A DNA stretch of 22,446 nucleotides from an uncultured archaeon (GTDB lineage: Archaea > Asgardarchaeota > Lokiarchaeia > Sigyniarchaeales > SOKP01): positions 1 through 22,446 of the forward strand of contig CAZBPC010000053.1 in NCBI GenBank assembly GCA_964493715.1. Direction: 5' to 3'. Positions 15,928-22,446 of the stretch are shown piece by piece (the first letter of the stretch is position 1; each line of letters begins with the position of its first letter). The position numbers and the translations under genes were made by a program. Below the pieces are notes generated by a model that was given only the letters and a program-made list of their open reading frames with translations, was not told where the DNA came from and did no database searches.

Positions 15928-17565
15928 ATGATACCAAACGATTTTGATCCTGAAGTTCAATTTTTTTTTGATAAATTATTTTCCGATATTCCACCTACAA
16001 ATTGGAAAAAATGGTTGGACATCTCGTCAAAAGAAGAATATCTTGAGTTTGTTTTGAAAAATTCCGCTTTATCAATAGTACCTGATATTTTTGATAGGAT
16101 AAGAAAAGAAAAAACAAACCCTACAAAAATATCGATTGATATATATAATTATCTCGCTAATTATCATGGTTCCGAACCTCTAATTGTTTGTCATAGTTCG
16201 GGTACTACAAATAATGATTTAGCTTCACTTAAATGGCTTCATATGTCAAAGGAGGTTATAAAATTATACTGGGCACCAGGAATGCAAGCAATTTTTGAAT
16301 CAAGTGGACTTGATTCCAATTCATCTGCAGTAATTTTTATTCCCTCAAGGCTTAATACCGATGGATTAAATAAATTGGAAAACAAAAATTATATATCACT
16401 TTATTCCTCCGAGTTTTCCCAGAGATTAATGTTATCAATTATGAAACCATCGAATTATTCTATATTCGAATACAAATTCTCAAAAAATATTAATATCATA
16501 TCAAAAATATTATCATTGAAAAATATCACAGTAATTTCCGCTCCGGCATTAACTATCCTTGGTTGGGCTGATATAGAAAAATTTCAGTTAGGATTACAAA
16601 AATCTATTAAAGGTGTATTTCCTGAACAAGATCCGATTCTAGAAAACCTTATAATAAAGATTCAGGAAAAAGGGATTGAAACAGCATCAAAAGAAATACA
16701 GAAAATGCTTTCTGATAAACTTTCACAATCCGTAATTGTGTTTAGTATAAGCTCTTTATCTTCAAGAGATTGGGATTTAATCCGTCGATTTATGAAATGG
16801 GAAAAAGGATATGAAAAGTATACTAATTTATATGTTGCATCAGAAATGGGACCATTTGCAGCAAGTATAAATAAGAATATTGAAAATAATAAACAAACAG
16901 ATGAATTGATTGTATTTCCTTTAACCTTGCCAGTTTTAGAAAATAAAGGTAAAAAACAATTAATTTCTGAAAGCAATAGCAAACTTGGAAAACTTTTAAT
17001 ATCTCGAATAAATGACTCTAAGGTATTCATCAATTTAGATATTGGAGATATTATCCAATTAACCAATCAGCAAGCTCTTCCTCACATTAATGGCAAAATT
17101 TTACGTTCTGAATTTCAATTAAAATATCCAATTACCTTATCTAAAAATATACATTTAGAGAAAGATTATGCCGTTTATGCAGGTGATTACTTCGACTTTA
17201 GCACATTTGAAATTTTAGATCCCCGCTCATTATTGAAATGCTTAGAAATTGAATGTAAATTAGATATAGATTCTCTTTTATTAATCGAATCAGAAAAGAA
17301 TGCATCTAAAAGCTGGAAAATTTTTCTAAATTCAAATTATGCAATAAAATATGCCAACCAAGAGAATTATAAAGAAAAATTATTGAAATGCGTCAGGAAT
17401 GATGATTTTAGAAAGATAATTTTAGATAATAGGATAAAAATTCAATTAATCGATGAAAATCCAGTAGATTTCTTGAAAACACGATCAGAAATACTAGAAA
17501 AAGTTAGAAATGGGAATAATCCGAAAGGAATTTTAAAAAAATGGTCCCTATACGTTATAAAATAG
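15928..17565 (+). CDS. Divergent adenylate-forming (GH3/PaaK/LuxE-like ANL superfamily) protein
   Basis: HSSGTT...K P-loop, YVASEMG and LDIGDII occur in the order and spacing of GH3/PaaK nucleotide-binding motifs. Confidence 0.55.
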   Translation: MIPNDFDPEVQFFFDKLFSDIPPTNWKKWLDISSKEEYLEFVLKNSALSIVPDIFDRIRKEKTNPTKISIDIYNYLANYHGSEPLIVCHSSGTTNNDLASLKWLHMSKEVIKLYWAPGMQAIFESSGLDSNSSAVIFIPSRLNTDGLNKLENKNYISLYSSEFSQRLMLSIMKPSNYSIFEYKFSKNINIISKILSLKNITVISAPALTILGWADIEKFQLGLQKSIKGVFPEQDPILENLIIKIQEKGIETASKEIQKMLSDKLSQSVIVFSISSLSSRDWDLIRRFMKWEKGYEKYTNLYVASEMGPFAASINKNIENNKQTDELIVFPLTLPVLENKGKKQLISESNSKLGKLLISRINDSKVFINLDIGDIIQLTNQQALPHINGKILRSEFQLKYPITLSKNIHLEKDYAVYAGDYFDFSTFEILDPRSLLKCLEIECKLDIDSLLLIESEKNASKSWKIFLNSNYAIKYANQENYKEKLLKCVRNDDFRKIILDNRIKIQLIDENPVDFLKTRSEILEKVRNGNNPKGILKKWSLYVIK

Positions 17566-17603
17566 GTATATATAAGAAATAATATGATCAATTACTTTAT
17601 CTA

Positions 17604-17996
17604 TTATCTTAATAAGTGACCTATTGATTTTCTGACTTCAGGAGTAATATGGTGCTCAATACCACAACTTAATGTATCTATTAGTTCTTTATCATCTAAT
17701 TTAAGGATAGTAATGAAAAAGTCTTTTAATTCTTTATAGTTCTTAATTACTTGCGTAGCAGAATTCTTTCCATTTTCTGTTAATCTTATAGAAGTTCTTG
17801 GTTTCCATAAAATTAATCCTTTTCCTTTCAGTTTATGAAGCATACCTGAAACAGAAGCAGGAGTAATGCCTAAATAATCGGAAATCTCAGAATTAGAAAC
17901 CCATCCTCCCTTTTTATGTCGTGAAATTAAATAAATCGCTTTTAGGTAATGGTCTTGACTTTCATTCAATAACGTAGAGCTAACCCCAATTATCAT
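17604..17996 (-). CDS. DtxR/MntR family metal-dependent transcriptional regulator
   Basis: YLKAIY, ISDYLGITPASVSGMLHKL, LTENG and CGIEHHI motifs; no C-terminal FeoA domain. Confidence 0.9.
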   Translation of the reverse strand: MIIGVSSTLLNESQDHYLKAIYLISRHKKGGWVSNSEISDYLGITPASVSGMLHKLKGKGLILWKPRTSIRLTENGKNSATQVIKNYKELKDFFITILKLDDKELIDTLSCGIEHHITPEVRKSIGHLLR

Positions 17997-18022
17997 TTTT
18001 TTGTTTAATTTAAGTTTTAGTA

Positions 18023-18223
18023 CTATTTTTTCATGCTTTTAAAACATTCTTCACAAAAAAATATTCTACGCATTTTAGTAACATCCCAAACCATATGACC
18101 AGATTTATGTTTAGTCTCACAACCCCAACACATTTTAAATAAATTCGCGTCCACAAAATACTCATCAGATTCGTTAAAAGTATCTCCTTTTATTAATTCT
18201 TGATAACTCTTCAAATTTTTCAC
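18023..18223 (-). CDS. Small hypothetical protein with two CxxC motifs (putative zinc finger)
   Basis: CWGC...CEEC; same strand as, and 26 nt upstream of, the DtxR-like gene; TTG 18214 is the likely start. Confidence 0.6.
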   Translation of the reverse strand: MKNLKSYQELIKGDTFNESDEYFVDANLFKMCWGCETKHKSGHMVWDVTKMRRIFFCEECFKSMKK

Positions 18224-18387
18224 TTTTTTATTTTTTGATTTAATGAATAATAATTTGAATAATTATTCATAATATAATATTGAAAAATCATATTTAAATC
18301 TTTTAATTTTGAATTAGGTTGAAATAACGAATTCTTTTACAAAATATATACTAAACTTTTATAATTTTAGATTGAAGATTATATATT

Positions 18388-18708
18388 ATGGTAAATGTGA
18401 ATGAAATTGATGAAAAATATAAGGAAAAAGAAGCGGAAATTCAAAAAAACATTTCACTAGAATTCGATACAGTACTCAATAAAATCCATTCTAAATATGA
18501 GCAAGACTATCGCGATATGGGGACTATTAAGAAGGAGAAAAGCGATTTAAAAGGAAGAATCTCTGAATTAAAATCTATTCTGAAAATATTTAATAAAGAG
18601 ATTTCTATTCTAACTAGGAATAAAAAGAAATTGTTAAAGCAGAAATTAACTGATCTAAAAAAAGAAAAAGCAGAAGAAATCAAAAAAGCGAAAGCTCAGA
18701 TAATATAA
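18388..18708 (+). CDS. Hypothetical Lys/Glu-rich coiled-coil protein
   Basis: 106-aa ORF with ATG about 24 nt after TTTTATAA; heptad-like charged sequence. Confidence 0.65.
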   Translation: MVNVNEIDEKYKEKEAEIQKNISLEFDTVLNKIHSKYEQDYRDMGTIKKEKSDLKGRISELKSILKIFNKEISILTRNKKKLLKQKLTDLKKEKAEEIKKAKAQII

Positions 18709-18942
18709 CCATACTCTCTTATGAGCTTTCAACATGTAAATAAATGCTTACTTTAGAAAATACAGAAAAAGCTTATCTGTTGAATATATATATTAACGTA
18801 CATTTCCTAATTATTTTGAAGAGGAATATCTGAGATTGTACTTATTAATTAATTCCATTTATTATAATGATTTCATTTGTTTATAGTATAACACTATGAT
18901 ATTCAAATAAAATGTAATTTTTATGAAAAGGCTGATTCTTAA

Positions 18943-19602
18943 GTGTCTTATGTTTATATGAAAGCATTGGAAAAGAAAGCAGAAAAGTACGACAAAGGAA
19001 TAAATAATTTGACATTAGGGCGCTTACCTAATATTAATACACATATTTTAAATAATTTTATACATGATGATGAAACAGTTTTAGATATAGGTATGGGTAC
19101 GGGAACTTTCGCCATTCTCTGCGCTAAAAAAGGAGCAAAGGTAACTGGTATTGATTATTCAGAGAAAATGCTTGAAGTTGCAAAGAATAAAATGCAATTG
19201 GAAGGATTAACTGATAACCCTCAAATTATTAAAATGCCGGTAATTGAATTAGATGAAAAATTTTCTGATAAATCATTTGATAAAATAACTGCTATTTTAT
19301 CGTTTAGTGAATTATACCGGGATGAGCAAGACTTTTGCTTAAAACAAATCAATAGAATATTAAAAGATGATGGAGAATTCATTTTGGTTGATGAGGTGAA
19401 ACCTAAAAAACTTGGGAAAAAAATTGTTTATTTTTTCATAAGAATTCCCTTAGTAATTATTACATATTTTAAATCACAATTAACCACTAAATCTTTGAGA
19501 AATATAGAAGCACGACTTGAAAGTAACAAATTTTCCTTGATAGAAGAAAAATATTATTTATTAGATACCTTAAAGTTATTTAGATTGAAAAAAAAGCGTT
19601 AA
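18943..19602 (+). CDS. Class I SAM-dependent methyltransferase, resembling the corrinoid-protein-associated methyltransferase family (CpaM-like)
   Basis: VLDIGMGTG motif I, VTGIDYSEKML, FDKI and FSEL motifs; N-terminal SYVYMKALE...YDKGI; directly upstream of an HgcAB-like gene. Confidence 0.85.
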   Translation: MSYVYMKALEKKAEKYDKGINNLTLGRLPNINTHILNNFIHDDETVLDIGMGTGTFAILCAKKGAKVTGIDYSEKMLEVAKNKMQLEGLTDNPQIIKMPVIELDEKFSDKSFDKITAILSFSELYRDEQDFCLKQINRILKDDGEFILVDEVKPKKLGKKIVYFFIRIPLVIITYFKSQLTTKSLRNIEARLESNKFSLIEEKYYLLDTLKLFRLKKKR

Positions 19603-19626
19603 AAAGTATACCAATCCCTATAGAGT

Positions 19627-20727
19627 ATGAGAAAAATGAGTATAAAAGCATCAATAAAATTATTCCTCGGGTATTTTCTAAGATGGACCGGTTTTCCTGT
19701 AGAACCCACACTTATTAAAATTGGAAATCCTACGAGTGAAAGTCCTGTATTATTGACATGTAATTTTAATTTGACTGTCAAACGAGTTTTAAGGGCGATA
19801 AGAAATCTCGATTGTTATCTATTAGTTGCTCCATCTAGAGGAATTAATGTGTGGTGTGGGGCGTGTGGAGATGATTTTAATACGGATTCTGTCTTATCAA
19901 TTATTAAAACCAGCGGAATTGATAATCTTGTTTCTCATAGGCGTTTAATTTTACCTCAATTAAGCGCTCCAGGAATAGATCCCATCGTCATTAAAAAAAA
20001 GACGGGCTGGGAAGTTAAGTTCGGACCCGTATACGCTAAAGATATACCTTCTTTTATAAAGCAAAAATTTAGTAAATCAGAGGAACAAAGAATAGTAAGG
20101 TTCCCAATCTCTCGTAGAGCGGAAATGGCTACATTGTATTTCTTTATCTTAATTCTTTTATTTTCAGCTATTTATTGGATCTCAGCTATTTTTTTACCAA
20201 TTTTAAATCTATTGCTTTATTTTGATACATTTTTGATATTTGTCATAATAATTTATGGGGCATTGATATTATTGCCTAGCATTCCCACAACATCAGGAAA
20301 AATAAAAGTATGGATATATGAAGGAATCCTACTCATATTTATTACCCTTTTAAATTTATTCTTCATTTTTGATCTTTTCTATCTAATATGGAATATTATC
20401 TTCTCTCTCTTAATCACATTGATCTTGACTGAAGATTTTCACGGTTTAACACCTATTTATAAAAGTGAATTAGGCGAAAAGACTTGGAAGAAGGGCGATG
20501 AAAAGATGAAATTTCTGTTTGGGGAATATAAATTACAACCTTATGGACAGATTAGCATTGAGAGAATAAGGTGTATTGGTTGTAAAGTGTGTATAGAAGT
20601 ATGCCCAAGGAATTTATATCATTTTAACGATATGGATAATAAGGTTGATTTAAAAAATCCAGAAAAATGTATTAATTGCAATGCATGCGTTAAAAGATGT
20701 TTAGCTAATTGTCTAAATATTATATAA
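19627..20727 (+). CDS. Fused HgcAB-like protein (CdhD-type corrinoid-binding domain, membrane helices, 2[4Fe-4S] ferredoxin)
   Basis: IGNP...SPVLLTCNF.LT, GINVWCGACG cap helix, HRRLILPQLSAPG and FGPVYAKDIP motifs; about 4 hydrophobic helices; CIGCKVCIEVCP and CINCNACVKRC. Confidence 0.88.
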   Translation: MRKMSIKASIKLFLGYFLRWTGFPVEPTLIKIGNPTSESPVLLTCNFNLTVKRVLRAIRNLDCYLLVAPSRGINVWCGACGDDFNTDSVLSIIKTSGIDNLVSHRRLILPQLSAPGIDPIVIKKKTGWEVKFGPVYAKDIPSFIKQKFSKSEEQRIVRFPISRRAEMATLYFFILILLFSAIYWISAIFLPILNLLLYFDTFLIFVIIIYGALILLPSIPTTSGKIKVWIYEGILLIFITLLNLFFIFDLFYLIWNIIFSLLITLILTEDFHGLTPIYKSELGEKTWKKGDEKMKFLFGEYKLQPYGQISIERIRCIGCKVCIEVCPRNLYHFNDMDNKVDLKNPEKCINCNACVKRCLANCLNII

Positions 20728-20758
20728 AAACTATTCTTTTCTTTCCAATGAAAAAGTA

Positions 20759-21055
20759 TTAAGATTCATTTAATATTTTGAATAATTCTCTACTCAATTT
20801 TTTTATTATAGGTATATGCCCTTCAGAAAATACCTTGCCATTTATGATAACTGCAGGCCTTTCAAGGTTTTGATATTTTTCAATATTCTCTTTCGAGTTG
20901 CTGTCAATATATATAATTTCAACTTTGTCATTAAATTCTGTTATTTCTTCCATCATTCTATCAATTACTTGGGTCGTTTTGCAACATTTTGCACAAATAT
21001 TTTCTGGATCGTCTTTAATTAAGATTTGAACTAGTACTTCTTTGATATAACTCAC
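20759..21055 (-). CDS. Small thioredoxin-fold redox protein (MTH895/ArsE-like)
   Basis: CAKC motif, cis-Pro region PAVIING, EGHIP. Confidence 0.78.
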   Translation of the reverse strand: MSYIKEVLVQILIKDDPENICAKCCKTTQVIDRMMEEITEFNDKVEIIYIDSNSKENIEKYQNLERPAVIINGKVFSEGHIPIIKKLSRELFKILNES

Positions 21056-21202
21056 TATTTTTTTTAGTTTATATTAAACTCTATTATCAATAAACAAAAA
21101 AAAGTATTTTAACATATAATCTTGTCTTTCTGAATGGAAAATAGTTTTATTTTGTAATAAATAATTATTTAAACTATAAAATCAATTATTCAATCGATAA
21201 CT

Positions 21203-22111
21203 ATGTCAGTAAATTATAATAGATCTTTTGTAGGAGGCAACTCATTACGTGGAATTGGGTATTTTTTCTTTATTATCGGAATAATTGTTTTAAGTGGGAT
21301 TCTTATAACAAATATTATGTTTGCTATTGCTTTAAACGTTATGTTACTAATAGGAATGGTTCTATTAACAATAATAGGTTTTCTTCTAATAGGAATCTAC
21401 ATTATGCCTGAATGGATACGGGTTCCAACTTTAAAATTAGGAAAATATAAAAAGATGAGAGGTCCCGGGATTATATGGCTCTTTCCTTTTATATATAAAA
21501 TACCCTTCTCCTTAGATATTAGAATTATAACGACAACTTTTTCTGCGGAACAAACATTAACGAAAGATAACGTGCCGGTTAATGTAGATGCTGTATTATT
21601 TTGGCAAGTCAATGATGCGTTTAAAGCATCCATCCATGTACAAGATTACAAGACAGCGATTTCATGGGCAGCTCAAACTTCATTGCGGGACATAATTGGA
21701 AAGACAGAATTAAGTCAAATGCTTGTAGGGCGCGAAGAATTATCCCATGAACTTGAGAGAATAATTGATGAGCGTACCGAAACATGGGGAGTAAAATCGA
21801 TTGCTGTTGAGCTTAGAGATGTTATTATTCCTACATCATTACAAGATGCGATGAGCAGACAAGCACAAGCGGAAAGGGAACGTCAAGCACGAATAATTTT
21901 AGCAAGTTCTGAAGAGCAAATTGCCAATAAATTTATAAACGCGGCAAAAATTTACGAAAGTGACGAAGTTGCATTGAATTTGCGTGCAATGAATATATTA
22001 TATGAATCGATGAAAGAAAAAGGTGCTTGGGTTATTGTTCCCTCGGATATGGTAAATATTTTGGGTGGACGATTCAAACATTTAACTGATTTTGGGGAAA
22101 AAGGTAAATAA
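21203..22111 (+). CDS. SPFH/band 7 (stomatin/slipin) family membrane protein
   Basis: N-terminal hydrophobic helices; GPG, LTKDNVPVNVDAV, AQTSLRDIIG and AMSRQAQAERERQARII motifs. Confidence 0.93.
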   Translation: MSVNYNRSFVGGNSLRGIGYFFFIIGIIVLSGILITNIMFAIALNVMLLIGMVLLTIIGFLLIGIYIMPEWIRVPTLKLGKYKKMRGPGIIWLFPFIYKIPFSLDIRIITTTFSAEQTLTKDNVPVNVDAVLFWQVNDAFKASIHVQDYKTAISWAAQTSLRDIIGKTELSQMLVGREELSHELERIIDERTETWGVKSIAVELRDVIIPTSLQDAMSRQAQAERERQARIILASSEEQIANKFINAAKIYESDEVALNLRAMNILYESMKEKGAWVIVPSDMVNILGGRFKHLTDFGEKGK

Positions 22112-22446
22112 CTAACTAGTCAATAAATAATTATTTGAAAAATAATTAACTTGAAATGAAGTTAATTTTCCATCTTTGATTATTATCTCTCGATATGCTC
22201 CTAATTTCCCAATTCTTTTAAAGGATTTCAATCCCAAGGCAGGAGTTTGAACTATAAAGGGACTATATCTTTGAATACTTGCATTATTTATGCAAATCTC
22301 AGAATAATCATCATAAAATACTGCAATTGATGCATCTTTCTTTTTTTTATCGTTAGAGCTATTTTGTAAAGATTTTTTTAATCTATATTCGTTTAACATG
22401 TGTGTATGACCTGATATAGTAAGAATACAATAATCATAACAAAAGT
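22112..22446 (-). CDS. C-terminal part of a probable calcineurin-like metallophosphoesterase; partial, enters from the right edge
   Basis: The frame stays open upstream of the track ATG to the window edge, reading FCYDYCILTISGHTHMLNEY; the GHTH motif is typical of metallophosphoesterases. Confidence 0.65.
   Translation of the reverse strand, partial: FCYDYCILTISGHTHMLNEYRLKKSLQNSSNDKKKKDASIAVFYDDYSEICINNASIQRYSPFIVQTPALGLKSFKRIGKLGAYREIIIKDGKLTSFQVNYFSNNYLLTS

Noticed and set aside
11217-21633. Short track ORFs 11217-11471, 14992-15309, 15803-15994, 16662-17066, 19599-19781, 20816-21022 and 21397-21633
   Set aside because: They overlap better-supported genes or promoters on the opposite strand and have no motifs
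1-22446. CRISPR arrays, IS elements, tRNA/rRNA genes
   Set aside because: No spaced direct repeats, transposase motifs or GC-rich structural RNA segments seen by eye

Overview
AT-rich archaeal metabolic region. Gene content, GGTGA/AGTGA ribosome-binding sites and TATA boxes suggest an Asgard/Lokiarchaeia-like anaerobe; this assignment is inference. Left to right: a minus-strand operon for a four-subunit 2-oxoacid:ferredoxin oxidoreductase (delta, alpha, beta, gamma) running into an FrhB/FpoF-like F420-binding subunit at the left edge; a divergent LutA/LutB-like Fe-S pair; aldehyde:ferredoxin oxidoreductase plus a split UxaA/SuyAB-type dehydratase; an ABC exporter divergent from a BlaI-like repressor and zinc protease; a PLP enzyme plus RidA; hisS; a divergent GH3/ANL-like ligase; a DtxR-like regulator; a SAM methyltransferase plus fused HgcAB-like corrinoid/ferredoxin protein; a thioredoxin-like protein; an SPFH protein; and a partial metallophosphoesterase. 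Main discovery: the beta-subunit gene appears to start at 2162 and is interrupted by an in-frame TGA (2055-2057). The TGA lies inside a perfect 10-bp hairpin closed by a bulge-helix-bulge-type motif on the mRNA strand. Removing 30 nt (2033-2062) deletes the stop and creates the family-consensus F-C-S-G-C-G, so this is a candidate endonuclease-spliced mRNA intron; selenocysteine recoding is the competing explanation. Second pattern: several genes have ATT/ATC/ATA exactly where the RBS spacing predicts the start codon.
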